A stretch of 64,000 bases of DNA, from the NCBI GenBank assembly GCA_951406725.2, contig OX597831.1:66526001-66590000 (forward strand), read 5' to 3'. Source of the stretch: Octopus vulgaris. Its lineage: Eukaryota. The notes below the pieces were generated by a model. It saw only the letters and a list, made by a program, of their open reading frames with translations, made no database searches and was not told the origin of the DNA. Positions 45,054 through 57,988 of the stretch are shown piece by piece. The position numbers were made by a program, and so were the translations under genes. Each line of letters opens with the position of its first letter. The stretch's first letter is position 1.

Positions 45054-45509
45054 TTTTATAGTGACTATTAATGGCAGTGCTTACAACTGGATATAATTTT
45101 TAAAATTTTGGTAGTTTCAGAAGAGAGACAAGTTAAAATATTTGACTTTTAAAGTAATTTATTGCAGTTTCTTGTCTCTGTTGCTTCCTCATTTCTTGCA
45201 CTTTGATCTAAGATTAACGTGCAGCTAAACTGGAATAACGATAATGATGTGATGATTTAGTCTGCAATACTGAGACAGCAGTGATGAAACTGAATTTTAG
45301 CAGAATATTGAAATAGCAGTGATTAAATGGAATCTTAGAAGAACCAACCCTGATTCCCTTGCGTATCATTTTCCACAAATGATATCTAATATAGTAATGT
45401 GTATTGAACTTTATCCTGATTTATACAGTTTTCAATATTTCTCTCTCATAGATATTGTTAATTCATGTTTAGCCTTTGGTTAGCCCTGATTGCCTTGGCT
45501 AGTTGGTAA

Positions 45510-45762
45510 CAAGGCAGCGAGCTGGCAGAAACGTTAGCATGCCGGACGAAATGCCGAGCGGTATTTCGTCTGCCGTTACGTTCTGAGTTCAAATTCCGCT
45601 GAGGTCGACTTTGCCTTTTATCCTTTCGGGGTCGATAAATTAAGTACCAGTTACGCACTGGGGTCGATGTAATCAATTTAATCCGTTTGTCTGTCCTTGT
45701 TTGTCCCCTCTGTGTGTAACCCCTTGTGGGTAATGAAGAAATAGGTATTTCGTCTGCCGTTA
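45510..45762 (+). mobile_element. OR1-like SINE at the first duplication junction
   Basis: aaggcagcgagctggcagaaacgttagc head; abuts a partial copy of exon B. Confidence 0.75.
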
Positions 45763-45764
45763 AG

Positions 45765-45810
45765 GTACTGTGAAAAATAAATTCTTGGCAAGTTTGGCTA
45801 CTTCAAATGG
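45765..45810 (+). pseudogene. Truncated duplicate of TTK exon B (3' 46 nt)
   Basis: Matches 38684-38729 and keeps the gtaagt donor; the 5' part is replaced by SINE. Confidence 0.8.
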
Positions 45811-46947
45811 GTAAGTATTTGATACTTATGAATTGAAAATGGCCACGTTGCTGAGAGAGTGGACAGTTTGATTGTTTTTAGGTCATGTCTGCTGCAGGTA
45901 TTTTGCTCTGTAACATTTCATTTAACATTGCTCAGATCAGTTAGCTATCAAGAATAAAAAGTACTAGATTACCTGGAGACATTACTAATGATAAACTAAT
46001 AATCCTATCCACTAGTTGATTTCTTTTTCCCATCTGCATCACACCAGACAACTGGCGGTATTATTGTTAAGAACCTGGAATACTATTGGATGTGAGGTGC
46101 TGTTGAAGGGCAGAATCATTGGCGCATCAGATGAAATGCTTGGCAGCATTTATTCTGGTTCTCTTTTATGTTCTGAGTTTCAATCCTGCTGCAGTGAACA
46201 CTTTGCTTTCTTCCTTTCAGGCTCAATAAAGTACCAGTGAAGTACTGTGGTCGAGGTAATCAACTGCCCACTTCCCCCTAAAATTGCTAGCCTTGTGCCA
46301 AAATTTGAAACAACAACAACAACAATAATAATTATTATTATTGCAGTGAGCTGGCAGAATCGTTATGAGGCCAGACAAAATGTTTAATGACATTTCTTCT
46401 GGAGTGATGTTCTGAGTTCATATGCCACCGGGGTTGACTTTGCTTTTCATCCTTTCTGGGTTAATAAAATGAGAAACAGTTGAACACCCCTAAAATTTCT
46501 GACCATGTGCTAAAAGTTGAAACCAGTATTCATCATCATTGTTCGATCGTGGCCACGGTCAGATGGTGCTTTTAATGTGCCACCGGCACATGGACCAGGC
46601 GAGGCTGGCAACAGCAACGATCGAATGGTGCTTTTTGAGGGTCGGCGCTGGCAACGGCCACATTCGGATGGTTCGCTTACGTGCCACCAGCACTGGTATC
46701 ACAGCTACAATTTCCATTGATGTTGATCGATTTTGATTTTGATTCTCATAATTACTCTAATAATCACTCTAAATGTTAAATATTTAATATAAATTTAAAT
46801 GAGTTATATTAAAGAAAGACTAGTCACTATTTATTTTGAGTAAGGTAAAATTTAATGTATCTTGTATTTATTTTCTTGTATCTTGTTTTGCATGCATGTG
46901 GCTATACTTGATTAATGAGTTTCTGTTTTGTTATTGTGATATTTTAG

Positions 46948-47343
46948 GACTGTCTTAAGTGAATCTAAACCAAGACAGCTAGCAAAACCTGAAATACCTG
47001 TGAAGAAAGACTCGGATACTTCACCTGAAGAATTTATTTGTGGTAGCATTTTGGCACTTTCAGAAAAGTGGGGCTGCCTGAATCAGCAGGGCCCATTTGC
47101 AAGGCGCTTCTCACACATCTCTGATAGACGTGTGTCTAATGTACATACTCCTTTAGATAAATGTTTATCTAGTACTCAGGGTTCCACAGATCCAAGTTTT
47201 CATTCTGTAAATGATCGTCGTTTCTCTACTCAGTTTACTACTCTTGGTTCCTCCCATCTGGGTTCTTATAACACACCAGTCTGCCATAAGTCATCATTGT
47301 CTGCAGGAAGCTATGAAAATGGCTCTTCTTCAAAGTTCCTCAG
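46948..47343 (+). CDS. TTK: TTK exon C, copy 2
   Basis: Intact splice sites and frame; 4 aa differences from copy 1. Confidence 0.7.
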
Positions 47344-48944
47344 GTTTGTAGTTCCAATCCCTTTTAACCGTCATTATTTTTGCAATTATTTTTTCTGTGC
47401 TAACATGATTTGGACAGGACTTCTTGAGTGGTGCTTTACAACAGATATCCTTTCTATTGCCAGTTCTTGTGTCTTACAAAATAAAACACAGAAAGAAAAA
47501 ACAACTTAACTGTTTTATAGGTAAAACTTAACTCACTGATATTCCTCAAATGCTTGCCCATTATTGAGTATTGTTTCTTGTACTGATACAATGAAGTTAC
47601 CAATTTTAAAGTAGCTGACTATATCACTTTCACCATTGTTGCATTTTTTACCTTATCCCCTCCACCTAAATGCTAACTGTGCTATATCCACCAGGATCAT
47701 TTTGGTTAATCCTATTATGTTGAAACTGAATTTCTGAAACTTCATCTCTAATTGTAATTTCCCCACCTACCAATAACTTCAAAGGTTTAAAACTGAAAAT
47801 TAACCATATGAAATTAATCCAGCTGTCTCTGACTCCTAATGAAGAAGGGTTTGAAAAGTTTATGGTTGATAGCCATCCTTTTGCAACCATGTAATAATAA
47901 AGATAAATGAGAGAAATTTGCGAGCATCCTGTCTTGTGAAATTGTCTTTTTCTCTGATTGGTAACATAGTACACTAATGATCAACTGTGACTTTGACTTG
48001 GAATTGCTCTACTCATCATTAACCCTTTTGATACCAACCTGGCCAAAACTGTAGGACAAATATCTTGTTTTCAAAAGTATTGAATTAAAATCTTCCACCA
48101 AACCTCAGTCACAATTTATGTTCCAAACACTAGCTTAATGATAACTAAGTTATTTTACTAAATTCTTTGTTATATTTAAAATTAATTGAATGAAACACAG
48201 AGCATCTCAAAATAAATACGATAACAGTGAATGGTACATTGAGGCATTCAAAAGGCTTGGAGATACCATTTGGAGGAATAGACTGAATAAGAACCTGAAA
48301 ATTATTCATGTTCACCATAACAATGGGGTAACAAGAGATGATGAATTATTATTATACGCTAATATATTGTGGCTGATGTCTTCATTTTAGTTGTTAGAAT
48401 CACATTTCAGCTGTTGTGTCTTTTGGTCGTTATCAGGTACATGTTATGTGTCATAGCATACTTGTAATTTTGAACTGAACCCTTTTTTGAATCTACTGGA
48501 GTAAATTGTAGTCATTCTGTTGATCAGAACGAAGATATTCTCGTATTAGTTATTCCCCTACTTGTGATGCTGCTTGCTTTTCTTGTTTCAGCCTCCCTCC
48601 TCAGTAAATTACAATACTGTTACTCAAGATTAATCAACATTTGTGTTCACTATCTCGTTGTAACATTAAGTAATTAGGTTCAAGTTGAACGAGCAAGTGA
48701 TGTCATAAGTAAAAGAATAACTTATATGAGAATATTCTAAGTATGAACAACAGAGTCAAAAATACCTGTCCTGGGTTTGATTGGAAATTTCGAGAACCTT
48801 GCAAAAGGCTGTTGAGTGCCCTGGCTAAAACTTTGTGATTCTAACAACCAAGATGAGGACTCTTGCCCTAATATTATCAGAAAAGAATGATGTAAGAAAT
48901 GCTGAAGCAGATAGTGAAACACTTTCAACTTTATTCTGTTATAG

Positions 48945-49051
48945 GATTAAGAAAATGCCACAGAGGGTGACCGTCGATGAGGCCAAAAGCTATGACAGCT
49001 CTGACGAAGAAGACACCTCTATGAGCAAATTTACTCCAAAATCATCATCAG
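48945..49051 (+). CDS. TTK: TTK exon D, copy 2
   Basis: Intact splice sites (|gtaaca) and frame. Confidence 0.7.
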
Positions 49052-49749
49052 GTAACATACAAATACCTTGTCACTTCTTTAGTTTGTTAATTATTTGTTT
49101 GATTGTTTAGTAGGTTTGTTGACTGATTGATCAGCTAACAGGGTTGGTCGTTGGTTTCTGCTTTGCTTGATTTGTTGACTAGTTAATTCATCCATTTTAC
49201 TCTTTTACTTGTTTCAGTCATTTGACTGTGGCCATGCTGGAGCAGCGCCTTTTAGTCGAGCAAATCAACCGCCGGGACTTATTCTTTGTAAGCCTAGTAC
49301 TTAATCTATCGGTCTCTTTTGCTGAACCGCTAAGTGACAGAGACGTAAACACACCAGCATCGGTTGTCAAGCAATACTAGGGGGACAAACACAGATACAC
49401 AAACACACACACACATACATATATACGACGGGGTTCTTTCAGTTTCCGTCTACCAAATCCACTCACAAGGCTTTGGTCGGCCCAAGGCTATAGTAGGAGG
49501 CACTTGCCCAAGGTGTCACGCAGTGGGACTGAACCCGAACCATATGGTTGGTAAGCAAGCACCCTACCACACTGCCACTCCTGCGCCTATTTATTGACTT
49601 AATTTAGTTAATTAAATCAATAATGTGGTTAATGTTTTATCTTTTAAGTGTGTTTTTTCTATTTGAGTAAATGCAGTTGAAATCATATAACCCATTTGAC
49701 TGCATTTTGAATTAAAATGTATTCAATTAAATTTTAAGATAAACGTAGA

Positions 49750-49910
49750 TAGGCGTAGGAGTGTTTGTGTGGTAAGTAGCTCATGGTCCTGGGTTCAGTC
49801 CCACTGCGTGGCACCTTGGGCAAGTGTCTTCTACTATAGCCTTGGGCCGCCCAAAGCCTTGTGAGTGGATTTGGTAGACGGAACCTGAAAGAAGCCCATT
49901 GTATATATAT

Positions 49911-49943
<33 letters not shown>

Positions 49944-50155
49944 TTGTGTGTTTGTGTGTTTGCGTTTGTCTCCCCAACATCGCTTGACAACCGATGCTGG
50001 TGTGTTTACGTCCCCATAACTTAGCGGTTTGGCAAAAGAGACTGATAGAATAAGTACTAGGCTTCGAAAGAATAAGTCCTGGGGTTGATTTGCTCGACTA
50101 AAGGCGGTACTCCAGCATGGCCACAGTCAATGACTGAAACTAGTAAAAAAGTAAG
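49750..50155 (+). mobile_element. OR2-like SINE
   Basis: Head and tail as in other copies. Confidence 0.8.
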
Positions 50156-50258
50156 AATAAACATAAATTTAGATAGCTTTCATAAAACAATTATAACTTT
50201 CTGTTAATTATTGATTTATTAAAGTAGTGTTTGGAACACAACAAAAGGTTTTTGTATA

Positions 50259-51445
50259 TTAGATTGGCAACTAAGTTTCTGCCATTTTAAAAAATTTAAA
50301 CTTTTTAAAAAGTTTGATAAAAAATAACAACTAATTAATAATGTATTCACCCTTGTTGTTTACAACTTCTTCCCAATGTTCAACAAGATTTTCAATACCT
50401 TGTTGGTAGAAATCAACCGATTTCGACTCAAAAAATTGATCCAACGAAACTCCGTGTATAGCATTTGAAAGAGATCGAAAGAGGTAGAAATCCGTTGGTG
50501 CCAAATCAGGAGAGTGCAGTGAGTGTGGCAGCACTTCCTAGCCATACGTTTGAATGGCTTCCTTGGTCATATTGGCGATATGAGGGCAGGGGTTGTTGTG
50601 CAGCAGAATAACTCCATGCTGCCAATTAGGTCTTTTCTCTTGAATAACCATGTTGAGTCGTTACATCTGTTGAACACAGAGTTCCACGTTGACCGTTTGG
50701 TTTTGTTCAAGCAATTCGTAATGGATAATCCCTTCCCAGGCTTACGCACAACATTGTTTTACGTGGATGAAGATCTTGTTTCATGCGTGATGTCACTTAT
50801 TTACTGGGGCTAAGCCATTTTTACACTTCTACATATTGATGTAGAGGCACCATTTTTTGTCGCCAGTAACGATTTGGTAAAGAAATTGTTGCTTGTATCC
50901 ATGAGTTGAGTGGTGACGAGCAAGCAAACCAGTGGAGATTGTGGCTCGTTGATTTTTGTTGTTGTCACTTAAAGCATGCAGAACCCATGCTCCATACTTC
51001 TGAACCTTTCCCATCGAGTGAATATGCTTCTCTATAGCAGTGTGGGATCATTCCATTCTCTCTGCCAGTTCCCTTGTCGTTTGACAAGAATTTTTGTGCA
51101 AAAGTTGGTTTAATCATTCTTCATCGAACTCAACTGTACAGCCAGAATGAGCTGTCTTTAAGATCAAAATTTCCATTTTTGAACTTGGCATACCAATCAT
51201 GAGCTGTTCTTTCAGCCATGGTACTCTCTCCTTACACAGCGCAAATGTCGTGAGCAGCTTTTGAGGCCTTAGAACCTTGATTAAAAGCAAAAAGGAGGAG
51301 GAGTCGAAAATGCTCATTTTTCTTAACTTGACATTCCATTTTAATGAACAGAAAATAAACAAAATTAACTAAAATTAACTAGAAAAAAAACAAAATAGAT
51401 TCCAAAATGATTCAAAAATAGAATTCTCGAAAAAAAATAGATTCA
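50259..51445 (-). mobile_element. Degenerate mariner (DD34D-type) transposon
   Basis: TA|ttagattggcaac TIR; minus-strand MECQVKKNEHFR..., IVTGDKKWCLY, LPHSLHSPDLAPTDFYLFRSL; several frameshifts. Confidence 0.85.
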
Positions 51446-52070
51446 AAGAGGACCAGTGATGGTGTGTCGATGCTGTGAGAGAAAGATGTCACAGAACAAT
51501 CTTGTCAAAAGACTATCACTGTGACATCTGAGGGCACCTGTATGCCTCCAGTTTTGGACTGTTGAGTCACATGCACTCTCATCACTAAGAATACAAACTT
51601 TGTTGTCATCAGACATCACTGGACTACCTACCACCATTCATTCTTTGTACTGAAAGTGCCTTTGAAAACTTCTCCAATGTCATAGTTTAATTTGCATAAT
51701 TTGTACGTTATTTTTATTTAAAAACCTTATAAGTTTTAAAGTCTTGGTAGTTGTAAGTGGAAATACTTTTTGGGGGACGTATAATAATGCTGAAACATTC
51801 CTGGAGTTGTCACTATAGCTACCAAAGATCAGACTACGCTTACCTGCATGTTTCCATTAATTGTCAGTCAAGTGAAGTTTTGGAAGTTCTTGCATCTGCT
51901 CTTTATGAGGGAAATTTCCAGAAAAGCTAATGACTTTTTATTTGTATTACAGTTATAATTGATTAAAATTATTTTCTGCTCATCACTTTGTGTATGGTAA
52001 CTTGCACTCAACTAGTCGAGATTTAAAAACTTTACTTTATAAATATTAAATGAGAAAGCATATTGTCAAA

Positions 52071-52320
52071 CATCATCATCATCATTTAGCCTCCACTTTC
52101 CATGCTAGCATGGGTTGGACGGTTCAACTGGGGTCTTTGAAGCCAGAAGGCTGAATAAGGCCTAGTCTGATCTGGCATTGTTTCTACGGCTGGATGCTCT
52201 TCCTAACGCCAACCACTCCGTGAGTGTAGTGGGTGCTTTTTACGTGCCATCCGCACAGGTGCCAGACGGAGCTGGCAATTGGCCACGGACGGATGGTGCT
52301 TTTTAGGTGCCACCGGGACG
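52071..52320 (-). mobile_element. RTE 3' end fragment
   Basis: (CAT)n + ttccatgctagcatgggttggacgg. Confidence 0.75.
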
Positions 52321-52531
52321 AATAATAAAAAAAAAAAAATTGAAAAACAGCCAGGTGGAAATTGAATGACTAAGTGTCAACTGAAATGATCATTGTGCTA
52401 CTAGCCCTGCTGTTTCTTTTTCAAGCAAATTATGAATTCTAAAATTAAATTGGTTTTTGTAGTCCTTGTTTGTTCTTTTGCGTCTTCTTTTCTATGCACA
52501 TTTAAATGAAATATTTTCCTATTGTCTCAAG

Positions 52532-53768
52532 TTTTTGCTGGAAAACGCATACAGACTCAAAGGCTAACTGGTACTATTCTTGAAGAAGATGTTAAAGTAA
52601 CTGAAGGTTGTGACTCTAACTTGGAGAAAACTGAGGCTAAATTGTCTGAATCATCTGAGGATAGCATTTCTGTATTTTCGCCAAAATTTGACCTTTTGCT
52701 ATCATGCCATAATCAAGAGAAACCAGATTCCAATTTAACTGATATTAAAAGGACCAAGTCTTGTGACAATTCACACTTGGTTGACAGAAACTTGTTCCTT
52801 AAAACAGCCAAGAAAGAATCGGCTGTTGCTAAATATGTTGATAATGATGATGATGAATTTATTGTTCCAGATAGCAGTGCTATCACAGGGGTTGAAAAAC
52901 CAAAGAGCATAAACTCTCATCAAAACAAAACACATCTGCAAACCCCAAAGACAATATTATCTGACTCGCTTTTACCTTGTGGCCAAGCAAATATTTCTAC
53001 TGCTTCACTGGGTCAGCCTAGTGTTGGTTGTACACTGGATAATACAATTGAAACGATAAGCCCTCACCAATGTGATATACCCGTAAGTGAATCTCTGAAA
53101 CATTGCTCTACCAATAATGAACAGCCAGAAGGAGATACTAGTCTAACAGAAATTAATAATCGCTTCAACATTTTAGATACTTTCTCAGTTCTTAGCCAGA
53201 AGAAAAAAGCAAATTTATTGTCATTAAGACGAAACGAGTCTGTACAGGAATTCCTTCATTCCAATAGTGACTGTTCCAAGTTTGTTGCTTGTAGTAATGA
53301 CTCTTGTAATGCAGCAGAGTATGGCAAGATAACATCATCAGAGTTAAAATACAAACCCGTCTTGAATGCCGATGATAAGAACAAAAATGGCAATCCAGTT
53401 CAGTATAACCACTGTTTATCAAAAGATGTGCTGGAACATCTGCCCAAAGATCAATTGATATCTTGTCAAAGTACGATTGCAGGCATACCAGACCAATACC
53501 AAAGCTCACCACAAAGTAGTAAACACAAACTAGTCCAGGAATGCTTTCAAAGCCAAATGCCACTTGAACATTCTACGCTTGACAACCCACTTCCAGTCCA
53601 GCGCCAATTAGATTTCCTCAAAGATACTCCAAAATTATCTGAAAAGAGTCCTCAACAATTGACTGAAAATTCACAGTTGAAGGAAATGAATACACGGACC
53701 CCAAAAGACGCTAATCCTGAAGATTCAAGACCTGTAAAAGAAGGATGTTTATCAAGGGAAGAGAACAT
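52532..53768 (+). CDS. TTK: TTK exon E, copy 2
   Basis: ORF 52522-53772; intact splice sites. Confidence 0.7.
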
Positions 53769-54581
53769 GTAAGTCTTTGCAAATTTAATTCTTAAACATA
53801 TTTTCCTTTGGAGAGAGGGTAGTTTCATGACCTTGGTAGGCATTTCCACACTGGAGAGTTTGATAAAATTGATATTCAGTTGAAATACTGTAGATTGATG
53901 CTTGTAGGAAATTGCAAGAATAAATTCAGAGGGTTGCAGTGTATAGGAAAATGGCTTGGTAAATTGCAGGATCTGGGAAATAAAATAGAGTAGGATGTAT
54001 TTTCAATGAGTGAATCAAATAGGAGAAATCTGCAAATTCAGAGACCATTGTACAAGAGGCTGTAAGAAAAAGAGTTAGTGGTTATAATCTGTTCGTCTTT
54101 GCTTGTCAGCACTGAATAATCTTTGCTTGTCTTGGATGTTTGTGTGTGGTTCATAGTTGACTTTTGTGTAGGATCAGCTGCTATTCATTATGTTCTGACC
54201 CTGAACCAGTAGTCTAGCTTTTTTGGTACTATTTTAACAATGATATATATATATGTCACAATGATAAATCATCTAAGATTCTTAATATACTCTTCGAGTG
54301 GTGGAGGGACAGGGATGAAGACTAGGTTGTCATGTCTTCATTGAAAGATGTTTCAACTACCAGTTCTTGAAAGTTAAGTACAAATCCCATTGCTGGTTAA
54401 ATTTTTTTAAAAAGGGTCAGTTTGGTTTGACTTGGTTTATTTTGGCGGAAGGGGCCATATTTCTGGAGCAGATGTTATTCTTATAAGAATGAGGAATGTA
54501 ATAGATTGGCATCCTCTCCATTTAATGAATTTGAAAAATCAGCATTTATCCATACTGGGACCAGCACTTTCAATTTTATAG

Positions 54582-54852
54582 GGATCTTTTCGGTTTGAAC
54601 GGCAGTTTTTAACATAATTTCTAGGTAACTAAACACTTTTAAACTTCGTATACAGGTGGAATGTGTTTATAAAACATCTTTTTCTCTTGGCTTTATTGAG
54701 AAAATTCTATAGTTTGTAAGATATTTGTTGTTTTTTTTTCTTCAATTTCTGCAACTTCAACCAATCACTGACGTCTATTGAGGTAAAAAAAAATATTCTG
54801 TGCCGTATGAATATGTCCCTTGTTTAAGAAACAGATTGGGTTTATTTACATT
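54582..54852. mobile_element. Truncated MITE at the second duplication junction
   Basis: Same insertion as 44640, cut and fused to RTE 3'UTR sequence of the B-C intron. Confidence 0.75.
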
Positions 54853-55191
54853 TTATTTACGTGCCACCGGCACGGAGGGTCGGCGCGAGCAACGGCCACA
54901 TTCGGATGGTTCGCTTATGTGCCACCAGCACTGGTATCACAGCTACAATTTCCATTGATGTTGATCGATTTCGATTTTGATTCTGATTCTCATAATTACT
55001 CTAATAATCACTCTAAATGTTAAATATTTAATATAAATTTAAATGAGTTATATTAAAGAAAGACTAGTCACTATTTATTTTGAGTAAGGTAAAATTTAAT
55101 GTATCTTGTATTTATTTTCTTGTATCTTGTTTTGCATGCATGTGGCTATACTTGATTAATGAGTTTCTGTTTTGTTATTGTGATATTTTAG

Positions 55192-55587
55192 GACTGTCTT
55201 AAGTGAATCTAAACCAAGACAGCTAGCAAAACCTGAAATACCTGTGAAGAAAGACTCGGATACTTCACCTGAAGAATTTATTTGTGGTAGCATTTTGGCA
55301 CTTTCAGAAAAGTGGGGCTGCCTGAATCAGCAGGGCCCATTTGCAAGGCGCTTCTCACACATCTCTGATAGACGTGTGTCTAATGTACATACTCCTTTAG
55401 ATAAATGTTTATCTAGTACTCAGGGTTCCACAGATCCAAGTTTTCATTCTGTAAATGATCGTCGTTTCTCTACTCAGTTTACTACTCTTGGTTCCTCCCA
55501 TCTGGGTTCTTATAACACACCAGTCTGCCATAAGTCATCATTGTCTGCAGGAAGCTATGAAAATGGCTCTTCTTCAAAGTTCCTCAG
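55192..55587 (+). CDS. TTK: TTK exon C, copy 3
   Basis: Protein identical to copy 2; intact splice sites. Confidence 0.75.
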
Positions 55588-57188
55588 GTTTGTAGTTCCA
55601 ATCCCTTTTAACCGTCATTATTTTTGCAATTATTTTTTCTGTGCTAACATGATTTGGACAGGACTTCTTGAGTGGTGCTTTACAACAGATATCCTTTCTA
55701 TTGCCAGTTCTTGTGTCTTACAAAATAAAACACAGAAAGAAAAAACAACTTAACTGTTTTATAGGTAAAACTTAACTCACTGATATTCCTCAAATGCTTG
55801 CCCATTATTGAGTATTGTTTCTTGTACTGATACAATGAAGTTACCAATTTTAAAGTAGCTGACTATATCACTTTCACCATTGTTGCATTTTTTACCTTAT
55901 CCCCTCCACCTAAATGCTAACTGTGCTATATCCACCAGGATCATTTTGGTTAATCCTATTATGTTGAAACTGAATTTCTGAAACTTCATCTCTAATTGTA
56001 ATTTCCCCACCTACCAATAACTTCAAAGGTTTAAAACTGAAAATTAACCATATGAAATTAATCCAGCTGTCTCTGACTCCTAATGAAGAAGGGTTTGAAA
56101 AGTTTATGGTTGATAGCCATCCTTTTGCAACCATGTAATAATAAAGATAAATGAGAGAAATTTGCGAGCATCCTGTCTTGTGAAATTGTCTTTTTCTCTG
56201 ATTGGTAACATAGTACACTAATGATCAACTGTGACTTTGACTTGGAATTGCTCTACTCATCATTAACCCTTTTGATACCAACCTGGCCAAAACTGTAGGA
56301 CAAATATCTTGTTTTCAAAAGTATTGAATTAAAATCTTCCACCAAACCTCAGTCACAATTTATGTTCCAAACACTAGCTTAATGATAACTAAGTTATTTT
56401 ACTAAATTCTTTGTTATATTTAAAATTAATTGAATGAAACACAGAGCATCTCAAAATAAATACGATAACAGTGAATGGTACATTGAGGCATTCAAAAGGC
56501 TTGGAGATACCATTTGGAGGAATAGACTGAATAAGAACCTGAAAATTATTCATGTTCACCATAACAATGGGGTAACAAGAGATGATGAATTATTATTATA
56601 CGCTAATATATTGTGGCTGATGTCTTCATTTTAGTTGTTAGAATCACATTTCAGCTGTTGTGTCTTTTGGTCGTTATCAGGTACATGTTATGTGTCATAG
56701 CATACTTGTAATTTTGAACTGAACCCTTTTTTGAATCTACTGGAGTAAATTGTAGTCATTCTGTTGATCAGAACGAAGATATTCTCGTATTAGTTATTCT
56801 CCTACTTGTGATGCTGCTTGCTTTTCTTGTTTCAGCCTCCCTCCTCAGTAAATTACAATACTGTTACTCAAGATTAATCAACATTTGTGTTCACTATCTC
56901 GTTGTAACATTAAGTAATTAGGTTCAAGTTGAACGAGCAAGTGATGTCATAAGTAAAAGAATAACTTATATGAGAATATTCTAAGTATGAACAACAGAGT
57001 CAAAAATACCTGTCCTGGGTTTGATTGGAAATTTCGAGAACCTTGCAAAAGGCTGTTGAGTGCCCTGGCTAAAACTTTGTGATTCTAACAACCAAGATGA
57101 GGACTCTTGCCCTAATATTATCAGAAAAGAATGATGTAAGAAATGCTGAAGCAGATAGTGAAACACTTTCAACTTTATTCTGTTATAG

Positions 57189-57295
57189 GATTAAGAAAAT
57201 GCCACAGAGGGTGACCGTCGATGAGGCCAAAAGCTATGACAGCTCTGACGAAGAAGACACCTCTATGAGCAAATTTACTCCAAAATCATCATCAG
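57189..57295 (+). CDS. TTK: TTK exon D, copy 3
   Basis: Intact splice sites and frame. Confidence 0.75.
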
Positions 57296-57988
57296 GTAAC
57301 ATACAAATACCTTGTCACTTCTTTAGTTTGTTACTTATTTGTTTGATTGTTTAGTAGGTTTGTTGACTGATTGATCAGCTAATAGGGTTGGTCGTTGGTT
57401 TCTGCTTTGCTTGATTTGTTGAATGGTTAATTCATCCATTTTACTCTTTTACTTGTTTCAGTCATTTGACTGTGGCCATGCTGGAGCAGCGCCTTTTAGT
57501 CGAGCAAATCAACCGCCGGGACTTATTATTTGTAAGCCTAGAACTTAATCTATCGGTCTCTTTTGCCGAATTGCTAAGTGACAGGGACGTAAACACCCCC
57601 AGCATCGTTTGTCAAGCAATGCTAGGGGGACAAACACAGATACACAAACATACACACACATACATATATACGACGGGCTTCTTTCAGTTTCCGTCTACGA
57701 AATCCACTCACAAGGCTTTGGTTGGCCTGAGGCTATAGTAGAAGACACTTGCCCAAGGTGCCACGCAGTGGGACTGAATAATAAAAAAAAAAAAAATTGA
57801 AAAACAGCCAGGTGGAAATTGAATGACTAAGTGTCAACTGAAATGATCATTGTGCTACTAGCCCTGCTGTTTCTTTTTCGAGCAAATTATGAATTCTAAA
57901 ATTAAATTGGTTTTTGTAGTCCTTGTTTGTTCTTTTGCGTCTTCTTTTCTATGCACATTTAAATGAAATATTTTCCTATTGTCTCAAG

